Part shown: in pieces, positions 26,370-35,793 of the stretch | How positions within the stretch are numbered: position 1 is the first letter of the stretch | Layout of the letters: the number at the start of each line of letters is the position of its first letter | Assembly (NCBI GenBank): GCA_019244955.1 | Contig: JAFASC010000078.1 | Span: 1 to 50,536, forward strand | Origin: Methylobacteriaceae bacterium | Lineage (GTDB): Bacteria > Pseudomonadota > Alphaproteobacteria > Rhizobiales > Beijerinckiaceae | Direction: 5' to 3' | DNA: 50,536 nt | The notes under the pieces: generated by a model | Told to the model about the DNA's origin: nothing | Seen by the model: only the letters and a program-made list of their open reading frames with translations | The model's database searches: none | Position numbers and translations under genes: made by a program

Positions 26370-26522
26370 GCCCGGCTCCCCTAATGAGTTCGGTGCGGCG
26401 CTTCCTGACGCCGTTCTGCCAAGGTATCAGAGCATCCGGCCCGGCCGAATGCAATAATAGGCGCTTGCGCGCTTGTGGCGCGCAATTAAGGTCGGTTGTC
26501 TGAGAATTGGAGCCAAAGTTCA

Positions 26523-27734
26523 ATGAGATATGCGTCCCATCTGGCGATCGCCGCCCTCACAATGTCCGCTTCCCTCATTGCGAGTGCCTACGCGGCAGAC
26601 CCGATCAAAGTTGGCGTGACGGTGACGCAGTCTCCGCCGGGCTCAGTCGTGCAGGGCACGCAAGTCAAGGACGGCCTTGAAGTCGCCGCCAAGATGCTCA
26701 ACGACCAGGGCGGCGTGCTCGGCCGGCCGATCGAGCTCGTGGTCGAAGACACGCAGGGGCTGCCGGAGAAGGCGCGCGCCGCGGTCGAGAAGCTGATCAC
26801 CCGGGACAAGGTGGTCGGCATCGTCGGCGAACACCAGTCTTCGAACGTGCTCGCCGGGATGGAAGTCGCGCACCGCTACCATATCCCCTACATCAACACG
26901 AACGGCTGGGCCGACGCGATCCGCGAAAAGGGCTATCCGGAAGTCTTCAATCCCAACAATTACAATCGCCGTGTCGCCATGGCGGCGGCTGAGACCATCA
27001 AGAAGCTCGGCGCAAAGAAGGTCGTCTCCTTCGCCGAGAATACCGACTACGGCATCGGCCTTGCGAAAGGCATCGGCGAACAGCTGAAGGCGGTCGCGCC
27101 GGAAGTTTCATACCGCTTCGATACGCTCGATCGCGCCGCGAAGGATTACCTGCCCGCAATCCTGCCGCTGCGGTCTGATCCGCCCGATGTTGTCGTCGAC
27201 GTGATGCTGCCGCCGGCGGCCTACATCATGATGAACCAGGTCTACGAACAAGGCGTCGCACCGACGGCGAAGACGTGGTTCTACGACGCGTCCGGCCTCG
27301 CCGATTACCCCGACTTCTGGCAGAACATCAAGGAAGCCGGCAAGGATCTGCTCGTCTTCGGGCTCTATCATCCGAAGATGAAAGCACCGGAACTCGCCAA
27401 GACTGTCGGCGACGCCTACACCAAGAAGACCGGCGCGCAGCCGAACCGGCTGCTCTTTCAGGCCGCCGACTCGCTGCTTGTGCTCGCCGATGCGATCAAG
27501 CGTGCGAATTCGACTGACCCCGACGCCCTGGTGAAGGCGCTCGAAGCAACAAAGTATACCGGCACGCGCGGCGAGATCACTTTCTCGAGCGAACCCGGCT
27601 ACAAGTATCACCAGTGGCTGGATATACCGTATGTGACCTTCCAGGTGACGGAGATCGGGCAAAAGGTTGCCGACAGTCCGCTCGTCGAGCAGCCCGGACA
27701 GCCGCTTGATCCGTCGAAGCTCGCGCGGCCCTGA
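26523..27734 (+). CDS. ABC transporter substrate-binding protein (LivJ-type, second copy)
   Basis: Signal peptide MRYASHLAIAALTMSASLIASAYA. IKVGVTVTQS...MLNDQGGVLGRPIELVVEDTQG. GGAG RBS 9 nt upstream of the ATG at 26523. Confidence 0.85.
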   Translation: MRYASHLAIAALTMSASLIASAYAADPIKVGVTVTQSPPGSVVQGTQVKDGLEVAAKMLNDQGGVLGRPIELVVEDTQGLPEKARAAVEKLITRDKVVGIVGEHQSSNVLAGMEVAHRYHIPYINTNGWADAIREKGYPEVFNPNNYNRRVAMAAAETIKKLGAKKVVSFAENTDYGIGLAKGIGEQLKAVAPEVSYRFDTLDRAAKDYLPAILPLRSDPPDVVVDVMLPPAAYIMMNQVYEQGVAPTAKTWFYDASGLADYPDFWQNIKEAGKDLLVFGLYHPKMKAPELAKTVGDAYTKKTGAQPNRLLFQAADSLLVLADAIKRANSTDPDALVKALEATKYTGTRGEITFSSEPGYKYHQWLDIPYVTFQVTEIGQKVADSPLVEQPGQPLDPSKLARP

Positions 27735-27748
27735 TTGAGCGCTGAGAT

Positions 27749-28651
27749 TTGCTGACCGGCGCACTCGCGGCCGATCTCGCCGTCAACGGACTCGTCACAG
27801 GCCTCTTCTATGGCCTGATGGCGATCGGCCTGGCGCTGATTTTCGGCGTACTGCGGATCGTCAATTTCGCGCACGGCGAATTCTATATGGTCGGCGCGTA
27901 TGCCTACACGATCGTCGCGGCGCGCCTTGGCGTGCCGCTCGTTCTTGCGCTGCCGACGGCTTTTCTGTTTGGCGCGGCGCTCGGCTGGGTGGTCGAGCGC
28001 ACGCTCATGCGTCCCCTCTACGCGAATATCGGCTCGTGGGGGCTGATGCGTGACGAATATGCGGTGATCGTCACGTTCGCTCTGTCGCTCCTTCTCGTCA
28101 ATTTTGTCGACAAGGCGATCGGCCCGTATGCATTTCGCGCCCCGGCCCTTATCAGCGCAAGCCGCGTCGTCGTTGGTCCCGCGCTGATGAGCGGACAAAA
28201 AGTTGCGGCGGCCCTCGTCACGCTTGCCGTGCTGGCCCTGATTGCGTTCTTCCTACGCTTTTCCTATTGGGGTCGCGCCGTCCGCGCAGTGTCGCAGAAC
28301 CGGCTCGGCGCCTCGCTCGCCGGCATCGACGCGACTGCGGTCTCCTCACTGGTGTTTTCGCTGGCCGGCGGCCTCGCGGCGCTTGCCGGCGCGCTGCTCT
28401 CGCCGATCATCAATGCCTCGCCCGATGTCGGCGCGTTTCCGGCGATCAAGTCTTACGTCATCGTCGTTCTCGGAGGGATGGGATCGATTCCGGGCGCGTT
28501 TATCGCCAGCCTCTTGCTTGGCATCGTCGAGAGTTTCGGCGCGGTACTCGTGTCCTACCAGTATCGCGACACGTTCGGATTGATTCTCCTGATCCTGTTC
28601 CTCCTGTTCCGGCCGCAGGGTCTGTTCGGCGAACGCGGACGCGAGGTCTGA
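27749..28651 (+). CDS. ABC permease (LivH-type, second copy)
   Basis: GLFYGLMAIGLALIFGVLRIVNFAHGEFYMVGAY. Confidence 0.9.
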   Translation: MLTGALAADLAVNGLVTGLFYGLMAIGLALIFGVLRIVNFAHGEFYMVGAYAYTIVAARLGVPLVLALPTAFLFGAALGWVVERTLMRPLYANIGSWGLMRDEYAVIVTFALSLLLVNFVDKAIGPYAFRAPALISASRVVVGPALMSGQKVAAALVTLAVLALIAFFLRFSYWGRAVRAVSQNRLGASLAGIDATAVSSLVFSLAGGLAALAGALLSPIINASPDVGAFPAIKSYVIVVLGGMGSIPGAFIASLLLGIVESFGAVLVSYQYRDTFGLILLILFLLFRPQGLFGERGREV

Positions 28652-29601
28652 TGAGCGGCGACGTCCGGCTTCGGCGCGAATTCATTGCGACCGCGCTGCT
28701 GCTTGTCTTGCTTGCGCTCGTGCCGCTTGTCACGCGCGACGTTTATTGGCTGGGCGTGCTCGTCGTCTCCGCGTATTTCGCGATCCTTGCCTCATCGTGG
28801 AATCTGCTGGCCGGCTTTACCGGCCAGTTCTCGCTTGCGCCGGCTGCCTTCGCCATGATCGGGGCGTATGGCGCTGCGCTCTCGGCAGCCTATTACAATG
28901 TGCCCCCGATCGTCGGGCTGATCATCGGCACAGGTGTCGCCGGTCTCATCGGGCTAGTGCTCGGCCGGATCGTCATGCGCCTGCGAGGACCCTATCTCGC
29001 GCTCACCACATTGAGCTTCGCCGAGATCGCGCGCCTCGTCGCCTCGAACTCGATCAACATCACGCGTGGTGATCTCGGTCTGCCGCTGGAGCCCTGGTTC
29101 AATGATCGCGTGATCTGGTTCTATGTGTTTTTTGGCGCGCTCACCTTTGTCATCTGCGGCCTGTACCTGCTTCTGCGCTCAAAGGCCGGGCTTTTCCTCG
29201 AAGCGATCCGAGATGACGAGATCGCTGCCGCACGCTCCGGCGTACGTATTGTGTTCTGGAAGACGGCCGCCTTCGCAATCTCGTCCGCCGCTGCGGGATT
29301 TGCCGGCGCGCTTTACGCCTATTTTGCTTCGCTAGTGACGCCGGAGCTCGGTCTCGTGCAGCAGACGGGGCTCGTCGTCTCGATGACGGTCATCGGCGGC
29401 ATGGGCTCGCTGATCGGACCCGTCGTCGGCGCCTTTCTGGTTTACGTCACATCGGAGTGGCTGCGTGACGTCGGTGGCTGGCAGCTGGTGATCTTCGCCG
29501 CGCTGGTCATCATGTTCGCGCGCCTGTTTCGCACGGGATTGTGGGGACTCGTTACCACCGCTCTTGCGCCGCGAAGGAGAGCGGCGGGACGCCCGGCATG
29601 A
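28651..29601 (+). CDS. ABC permease (LivM-type, second copy)
   Basis: The ATG at 28651 shares one base with the upstream TGA. GQFSLAPAAFAMIGAYGAA...MRLRGPYLALTTL...IRDDEIAAARSGV. The listed start at 28267 is rejected. Confidence 0.85.
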   Translation: MSGDVRLRREFIATALLLVLLALVPLVTRDVYWLGVLVVSAYFAILASSWNLLAGFTGQFSLAPAAFAMIGAYGAALSAAYYNVPPIVGLIIGTGVAGLIGLVLGRIVMRLRGPYLALTTLSFAEIARLVASNSINITRGDLGLPLEPWFNDRVIWFYVFFGALTFVICGLYLLLRSKAGLFLEAIRDDEIAAARSGVRIVFWKTAAFAISSAAAGFAGALYAYFASLVTPELGLVQQTGLVVSMTVIGGMGSLIGPVVGAFLVYVTSEWLRDVGGWQLVIFAALVIMFARLFRTGLWGLVTTALAPRRRAAGRPA

Positions 29602-30320
29602 GCCCCCTCCTCTCAGTGCAAGGCGTAACGAAAAGGTTCGGCGGCCTCGTCGCTGTTGCCGACGTCAGTTTCGACATCGCGCCGGGCGAACTCGTCGGAC
29701 TCATCGGGCCGAACGGTTCGGGCAAGACGACGCTTTTGAACATCATGTCCGGCCACCTCTCCGGCGACCAAGGTAGGATCCTTCTCGATGGGGAGCCCTG
29801 TAGCGGACTGAAACCGCAAGGGCTCGCGCGGCGTGGCCTCATGCGCATGTTCCAGCTCACACGCATTTTTCCGCGCATGAATGTTTTGGACAACCTGCTC
29901 GTCGGCGGCCGCGCGCTTGGACTAGCTGCCGACGAAGCGAAGACGCGCGCCAACGCCCTCCTGGAAGAGCTGCAAATCGCCCATGTGGGCCACCTCGATG
30001 CCGGCCAGCTCTCGGGGGGGCAGATGAAGCTCTTGGAATTCGGCTGCTGCTTCATGCGGACGCCCCGGTTAGCGCTGCTCGACGAGCCTTTCGCCGCCAT
30101 CCATCCGACCATGAAGGAGATAATGAGCCGCTTCATTCGCGCGCGACACGCGGAGGGGCAGACATTCGTGCTCGTCAGCCATGACATGCCGGTCATCGTC
30201 GAGCTCTGTCCGCGCTCGATCTGCATGAACGCCGGACGCGTGCTTTCCGACGGCGCAACATCGCAGGTGCTTGCCGCGCCCGCGGTCATCGAGGCCTATC
30301 TCGGCGGAGCCGCCGCGTGA
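29598..30320 (+). CDS. ABC ATP-binding protein (LivG-type, second copy)
   Basis: GPNGSGKTT, LSGGQMKLLE, LALLDEP. ATGA overlap with the upstream stop. Confidence 0.9.
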   Translation: MSPLLSVQGVTKRFGGLVAVADVSFDIAPGELVGLIGPNGSGKTTLLNIMSGHLSGDQGRILLDGEPCSGLKPQGLARRGLMRMFQLTRIFPRMNVLDNLLVGGRALGLAADEAKTRANALLEELQIAHVGHLDAGQLSGGQMKLLEFGCCFMRTPRLALLDEPFAAIHPTMKEIMSRFIRARHAEGQTFVLVSHDMPVIVELCPRSICMNAGRVLSDGATSQVLAAPAVIEAYLGGAAA

Positions 30321-31060
30321 GCGCGATCCTGCGCATGGAGAAGGTCACCGCCGGCTATATCGGCGATATCGACGTGTTGCGCGATGTCGATCTCTCGGTC
30401 GAGGCCGGAACGATCACCGGACTGATCGGCCTCAATGGCGCCGGCAAGTCGACCATCATGAAGACGATCTGCGGTTTCCTTCCGCCGAAAGCCGGCGCTG
30501 TCGTTTATGACGGCGAGGCGATTACCGGCCTGCCGCCGCATCGCCTGCTCGAACGCGGCATCTTCTACATCCCGCAGGAATCGAGTCTGTTCCGCCATAT
30601 GAGTGTCGCCGACAATCTGCGTCTGCCGCTGGAGACGCTCGCGCGGCGCAACAAAGCGGACGGCAAGTTCAGCATCGGCGAGCGCCTTGCCGAGCTCGAC
30701 CGCCACTTCCCGGCGCTGAAAGAAAAAATGTCGTCACCTGCCGGTGATCTCTCCGGCGGCCAGCAGAAGCTCGTCGAATTCGCCAAGGCCCTGGCCATGA
30801 AACCGCGTCTCTGCCTTGTCGATGAGCCCTCGATCGGCCTGTCGCCGAAAATGGTCGAGGATGTATTCGGGCATATCCGGCTCTTTGCGAGTCTCGGCAT
30901 CGCCATTCTCCTGGTCGACCACAATGTCCGCCGGGTTGTCGGGATGGCCTCGCGTATTTATGTGTTGAGCCTCGGCTCGATCACGGCCTCCGGCACGCCG
31001 GCAGATTTCGCCGGCGACCTGCACGAGCAGGTCAAAGGCTGGCTTGGGATCAACTTTTAG
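30317..31060 (+). CDS. ABC ATP-binding protein (LivF-type, second copy)
   Basis: GLNGAGKST, LSGGQQKLVE, LCLVDEPS. GTGA overlap with the upstream stop. Confidence 0.9.
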   Translation: MSAILRMEKVTAGYIGDIDVLRDVDLSVEAGTITGLIGLNGAGKSTIMKTICGFLPPKAGAVVYDGEAITGLPPHRLLERGIFYIPQESSLFRHMSVADNLRLPLETLARRNKADGKFSIGERLAELDRHFPALKEKMSSPAGDLSGGQQKLVEFAKALAMKPRLCLVDEPSIGLSPKMVEDVFGHIRLFASLGIAILLVDHNVRRVVGMASRIYVLSLGSITASGTPADFAGDLHEQVKGWLGINF

Positions 31061-31068
31061 AAGGCGCG

Positions 31069-32538
31069 ATGGCAGGACCTGAACATTTCGACGTGGTGGT
31101 CGTAGGTGCTGGTCTCTCCGGCATCGCCGCGGGCTATCACCTGCAGGATAAATGCCCAGGCAAGAGCTATGTGATTCTCGAAAGTCGTCACGCGATCGGC
31201 GGGACCTGGGACCTGTTCCGGTATCCGGGCATTCGCTCGGATTCCGACATGTACACGCTCGGCTTTAATTTTCGGCCGTGGCGGAACGCCAAAGCGATCG
31301 CTGACGGACCCTCGATCCTCGACTATGTCCGCGACACGGCACGGGAAAACGGCATCGACGAGAAGGTGCGCTTTCATCATCGCGTCACGCGCGCCGAATG
31401 GTCCTCGCGCGACGCACGCTGGCTGGTTGAGGTGCGGCGCTCCGGCCCAGGCACGGAGCACGGTGGCGAGGCGCTGCACATCTCCTGCAATTTTCTCTTC
31501 ATGTGCAGCGGCTATTACGATTACGCGAGGGGCTATTTGCCCGAGTTTCCCGAGGCCGATAGTTTCGCGGGCAAGCTCGTTCACCCGCAGCACTGGCCCG
31601 AAAACCTCGAATATGAAGGCAAGCGCGTCGTCGTGATCGGGAGCGGCGCGACCGCCGTCACCCTCGCCCCAGCAATGGCGGAAAAAGCCGCGCATGTGAC
31701 GATGTTGCAGCGCTCGCCGACCTACATGGTGTCGCGGCCGTCGGAAGACTCAATCGCCAACTCCTTGCGGCGGAGACTTCCGGAAACCCTCGCGTACCAA
31801 CTAACGCGCTGGAAAAACGTGCTGCTCGGAATGTGGTTCTTCCGTCTTGCGCGGCGCAAACCCGAAAAAGTGAAGAGCGGCATCATCAACCTGATCAGAA
31901 AGCAGCTCGGACCGGATTACGACGTCGCGACGCATTTCACGCCGCGTTACAATCCATGGGACCAGCGCCTCTGCCTCGTGCCGGACGGCGATCTTTTCCG
32001 GGCGATCAAGGCCGGGCGGATGTCGATTGTCACCGATCACATCGACCGCTTCACGCAAAGCGGCATCAAGCTGAAATCGGGCGAAGAGCTTCACGCCGAC
32101 ATCATTGTCACCGCGACCGGGCTGCAGATGAAGCTCTTCAGCGGTCTGAAGGTAAGCGTCGATGGGACCCCAATCGATCTCGCCAAGACGATGAGCTACA
32201 AGGGCATGATGTTCAGCGGCGTGCCGAACTTCGCCGCCGCGTTCGGCTATACGAATGCATCCTGGACGCTGAAAGCCGATTTGACCTGCGAGTATGTCTG
32301 CCGGCTTTTGCGCTACATGGACCGCCGTGGATACCGGCAGTGCATGCCGAAGCGCGACCCGTCCGTGGTCGAGGTGCCATGGCTCGACTTCACCTCCGGA
32401 TACGTGCAGCGCGCGCTAGGTCAGCTGCCGCGGCAGGGATCGAAGAAGCCGTGGAAGCTTTATCAGAACTACGCGCGCGATCTGATGGCCCTGCGCTTCG
32501 GCAGCCTCAGGGATGGGGCGATGCAGTTCTCAAAGTGA
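31069..32538 (+). CDS. Type I Baeyer-Villiger / flavin-containing monooxygenase (EthA-like)
   Basis: VVVVGAGLSGIAAG (FAD). BVMO fingerprint FAGKLVHPQHWP (FxGxxxHxxxWP). VVVIGSGATAV (NADPH). Starts 8 nt after the ABC ATPase gene. Confidence 0.85.
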   Translation: MAGPEHFDVVVVGAGLSGIAAGYHLQDKCPGKSYVILESRHAIGGTWDLFRYPGIRSDSDMYTLGFNFRPWRNAKAIADGPSILDYVRDTARENGIDEKVRFHHRVTRAEWSSRDARWLVEVRRSGPGTEHGGEALHISCNFLFMCSGYYDYARGYLPEFPEADSFAGKLVHPQHWPENLEYEGKRVVVIGSGATAVTLAPAMAEKAAHVTMLQRSPTYMVSRPSEDSIANSLRRRLPETLAYQLTRWKNVLLGMWFFRLARRKPEKVKSGIINLIRKQLGPDYDVATHFTPRYNPWDQRLCLVPDGDLFRAIKAGRMSIVTDHIDRFTQSGIKLKSGEELHADIIVTATGLQMKLFSGLKVSVDGTPIDLAKTMSYKGMMFSGVPNFAAAFGYTNASWTLKADLTCEYVCRLLRYMDRRGYRQCMPKRDPSVVEVPWLDFTSGYVQRALGQLPRQGSKKPWKLYQNYARDLMALRFGSLRDGAMQFSK

Positions 32539-32763
32539 CGGAGAGGGAGGCGCGTCCGACGCCTCGACATATGACCCATCGCTCCAGCCGATCTTCTTAT
32601 GCGTGCCGTCACAGAATGGCTTGGTGTTGGACGCGCCGCACCGGCAGAGCCAGAACGGATTGCCCGGCGGCTCGATCACCTTCCCCGAATGGTCCTTGAT
32701 GACGACATCGCCGGTCACTTTCGTCGACCCGTTCCTGCTGATGACCATCTCGACTGCGGCCAC
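32530..32763 (-). CDS. CDGSH iron-sulfur domain protein
   Basis: CRCGASNTKPFCDGTH matches the CDGSH [2Fe-2S] motif. 77 aa. The 3' end overlaps the convergent monooxygenase gene by 9 nt. Confidence 0.8.
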   Translation of the reverse strand: MAAVEMVISRNGSTKVTGDVVIKDHSGKVIEPPGNPFWLCRCGASNTKPFCDGTHKKIGWSDGSYVEASDAPPSPSL

Positions 32764-32804
32764 AATTGCCTCCTGGGCTGTGAGGGATCCGATATCCGTT
32801 ACCA

Positions 32805-32829
32805 GGAATTGTTAATGGCGCCAGACGTT
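32805..32829 (+). promoter_or_regulatory. EcfG/general-stress-type promoter-like motif GGAAT-N16-CGTT
   Basis: Read directly. It has one mismatch to the alphaproteobacterial EcfG consensus GGAAC-N16/17-CGTT. It lies about 120 nt upstream of the small secreted-protein ORF. A perfect TATAAT also occurs at 32858-32863. Confidence 0.3.
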
Positions 32830-32946
32830 CCAAACCTAAGTGCGCCGGCTGTTAAGCTATAATGGCGAAAATCCTGGCGTAAGGGCAACGCTTCTCCTAT
32901 TCGCGTGATTAGCCACGGTCAGGCAAGTTGCAGCTGGGTAGTCGTC

Positions 32947-33234
32947 ATGCGTTTCGGGATGAAGAGTTTCACCCTCGGGCTGGCCGCGACCGTCGCGCTC
33001 AGCATCACAGGACCGGCTTACGCCAACGCGGCGGCGCGCCACCATCACCGCCACGTGACCGTGCGGGTCCATACAACAGCGCCGGCAGTGGTCTACGCTC
33101 CAGTCTATCGGTACGTGCCGGGCTACGCCTATTACGTGCCGACGCGCGTGTTCCGCTGCTACCCGGCGCGGCAGATGGTTGAGGATCAGGTCGGTCTCGT
33201 CGTCGGTTACGTCCCGCTCGGGACATGCGGTTAA
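32947..33234 (+). CDS. Small secreted hypothetical protein with a His-rich N-terminus
   Basis: Signal peptide (MRFGMKSFTLGLAATVALSITGPAYA), then NAAARHHHRHVTV..., Tyr/Pro/Val-rich, two Cys. Start at 32947 or 32959. Confidence 0.5.
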   Translation: MRFGMKSFTLGLAATVALSITGPAYANAAARHHHRHVTVRVHTTAPAVVYAPVYRYVPGYAYYVPTRVFRCYPARQMVEDQVGLVVGYVPLGTCG

Positions 33235-33238
33235 TCCG

Positions 33239-34402
33239 CTACAGGCGGAGCCGCTCCGACAGCTGGCCAAAGCTCTCGGCGGTAAGATTACCGAATGAGA
33301 CGCGCAGGTAGGAATCCTGGCCCGGTCCGAAATAGCTTCCCGGGATCATCAGCAGCCCGTTTTGGCTCGCCAGCCGCTGGGCGACCTGCTCCGCCGTCAG
33401 ATCGCGGAAGGGATGACACAGATAGGCGAAGAAGGCGCCGAGCGATTCGATCTTCCAATCCCGAACGTCCGCCAGCGCCGATCGAAACTGATTCAACTGT
33501 TCGCCGAAGCGCCTGCGATTGCGTTGGCGCCAATCGTCCAGCGCCTCAAGCGCCCAGGTGACCGCTGCCTGGCCAGCGCGTGCCGGACAGATTTGCAGGC
33601 AGTCCTGGATTTTTAGGACTTGCGCACCCAACGCGGCCGGGAAAATCATCGCGCCGAGCCGATGGCCGGGCAACGCGAAGGACTTCGAGAAGCTATAGAG
33701 CCCGATGACCGTGTCGCGAAGCGCCACATCCTGGAAGATCGCGTGCGGCCGCTTCGCCTCTTCCGGCAGGAAGTCGCGATAGGTCTCGTCGATGATCAGC
33801 CATATTCGATTGTCGCGGCAGAGGCGCGCGTACGCTTCGATGATCGAAGGCGGGTAGATCGCGCCCGTCGGGTTGTTCGGCGTCACCAGGACGATGGCGC
33901 GAACCTTTTGCTCGATGAGCTCCGCCGCCTTTTTCAGATCGGGAATGAAAGCGTCCGCCGCAGCACAGGGAAGGATGCGCGCTTCCACCCCGAGCATGTC
34001 GAGCGTCATTTTGTGATTGAAGTACCACGGCGACGGGAGGACGATCGCATCGCCTGCCGCAGCCACGAGCATCGTCGCAATGACGAACGCCTGATTGCAT
34101 CCGGCCGTGATCGAAACTTGCTCCGGCGAGATTTCCGCGCCGTAGAGTTCCGACACATGCCCTGCATAAGCTTGGCGCAGCTGGTACTCGCCCGGGACCG
34201 GACCATAGAGCGCGAGCGAGGGAGATTGCGCTGCAGCGGCGAGCCGCCTCAATAGTTCCGGCGGGGGTGGATAGGGCGGCGCGGCCTGGGACAAGTCGAT
34301 GGCCGGCCCTTTGCCGCCATCGTAAGCTTTGAGCCAAGCGCGCGATTCGAGGATCGCGGGACTCGCGGTCGCGCTCACAAGCGGGTTGATCCGGGGCGCC
34401 AT
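33239..34402 (-). CDS. PLP-dependent aminotransferase (class I/II fold)
   Basis: 387 aa. NNPTG and YSFSKSFALPGHRLG (PLP-Lys context). Confidence 0.85.
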   Translation of the reverse strand: MAPRINPLVSATASPAILESRAWLKAYDGGKGPAIDLSQAAPPYPPPPELLRRLAAAAQSPSLALYGPVPGEYQLRQAYAGHVSELYGAEISPEQVSITAGCNQAFVIATMLVAAAGDAIVLPSPWYFNHKMTLDMLGVEARILPCAAADAFIPDLKKAAELIEQKVRAIVLVTPNNPTGAIYPPSIIEAYARLCRDNRIWLIIDETYRDFLPEEAKRPHAIFQDVALRDTVIGLYSFSKSFALPGHRLGAMIFPAALGAQVLKIQDCLQICPARAGQAAVTWALEALDDWRQRNRRRFGEQLNQFRSALADVRDWKIESLGAFFAYLCHPFRDLTAEQVAQRLASQNGLLMIPGSYFGPGQDSYLRVSFGNLTAESFGQLSERLRL

Positions 34403-34476
34403 GTTCTTCCCTGCTCTGTGGTGGAACCGTGAGGCGATCTGAAGCTTGTCGATAGCTGTTCAACCTCGAGGACGGG

Positions 34477-35793
34477 ATGCGGTTTCTCGCCATCGGTGAC
34501 ACCTGCGACATGGCCTCGATGTATCTGCGCCTGACCGAGCAGGGCCACGAGGTGCGCGTCTTCATCTCGGAGCCGGGCTGCCAAGATGTGCTTGCCGGCA
34601 TGGTGGCGCGGATTGCGGATTGGCAGCAGGAACTCGATTGGGTGCGGGAGGCCGGAGAGGAAGGCATCATTCTCTTCGAGAATGTCTCGTACCATCGCGG
34701 CGAGCTGCAGGATCGTCTCCGCCGCGAGGGATTCTACGTGGTCGGCGGCAGCGCCTATGGCGATCGCCTTGAAAACGAGCGTGCCTTTGCGCAGAAGACG
34801 CTCTCCGAGCTCGGCTTCCCGATCTGCCGGATTCATGAGTTTGACGCACCGAAGGGCGGCCAGGATTTCATTTCGCAGAACCCAGGGCGCTATGTCCTGA
34901 AATTCAACGGCCATGGCTTCGGCTCGGCCGACAATTATGTCGGGCGGATGGAAGATGGACGAGACGTCCAAGCGGTCATTGCCGCGCGCTTCAAGCAGTT
35001 CGAGGGCACGCAGGCGACTTACGTGCTCATGCAGCATATGAGTGGGATCGAGATGGGCGTCGGTGCCTATTTCGATGGGGACAAGTTCCTCACGCCGGCC
35101 TGTCTGGATTGGGAGCACAAAAGATTCTTTCCCGGCGATCTCGGCGAGCTGACCGGCGAAATGGGAACCGTCGTGACCTATGGCGACACCAGCCGGTTTT
35201 TCGATAAGACCTTACGGCGAATGCAGCCGCTTCTGCGGCAGAACGGCTATTGCGGCTATATCAATCTGAATACGATCGTGAACGAAAGGGGCATTTGGCC
35301 GTTGGAATTTACCTGTCGTTTCGGCTGTCCCGGCTACGCCATTCTCGAGCCTCTGCAAGAAACAGGATGGGCCGACCTCTTCAAGATGATGGTCACGCGC
35401 TCTGCCACCGCGTTCGAAACCTGGCCGGGTTATTGCGTTGGCGTCGTCCTCACCACACGGCCGTTCCCATACAATCGCAAGCGCGTTCCCTCCGAACCGG
35501 CCGGCCTGCCAATCCTGTTCGACGGCGAAATCGACGAGGACGACCGCCGCCATTTGCATCTCGCCGAAGTCGGCAAGCAGGACGGCGAACTGGTCACCGC
35601 CGGCATGCATGGTTGGACGATGATTGTGACCGGCGTTGGCGCAACCATCGCGGCTGCGCGTGACGGCGCCTATGAGCTTGCAGACCGGGTGGTGATCCCG
35701 AACGTGCGCTATCGCCGCGACATCGGGGTGAAATTGGAGACGCAGGAGCTCACACGTCTGCATCAACTCGGGTTGTACGGCGGTGGCGGATGA
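34477..35793 (+). CDS. PurD-family (phosphoribosylamine-glycine ligase-like) ATP-grasp enzyme, divergent paralog
   Basis: DWEHKRFFPGDLGELTGEMG aligns with PurD DHKR..GD.GPNTGGMG. LEFTCRFGCPGY aligns with PurD EFNCRFGDPE. The C-terminal ...RYRRDIG is PurD-like. Conserved motif residues are substituted. Confidence 0.75.
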   Translation: MRFLAIGDTCDMASMYLRLTEQGHEVRVFISEPGCQDVLAGMVARIADWQQELDWVREAGEEGIILFENVSYHRGELQDRLRREGFYVVGGSAYGDRLENERAFAQKTLSELGFPICRIHEFDAPKGGQDFISQNPGRYVLKFNGHGFGSADNYVGRMEDGRDVQAVIAARFKQFEGTQATYVLMQHMSGIEMGVGAYFDGDKFLTPACLDWEHKRFFPGDLGELTGEMGTVVTYGDTSRFFDKTLRRMQPLLRQNGYCGYINLNTIVNERGIWPLEFTCRFGCPGYAILEPLQETGWADLFKMMVTRSATAFETWPGYCVGVVLTTRPFPYNRKRVPSEPAGLPILFDGEIDEDDRRHLHLAEVGKQDGELVTAGMHGWTMIVTGVGATIAAARDGAYELADRVVIPNVRYRRDIGVKLETQELTRLHQLGLYGGGG

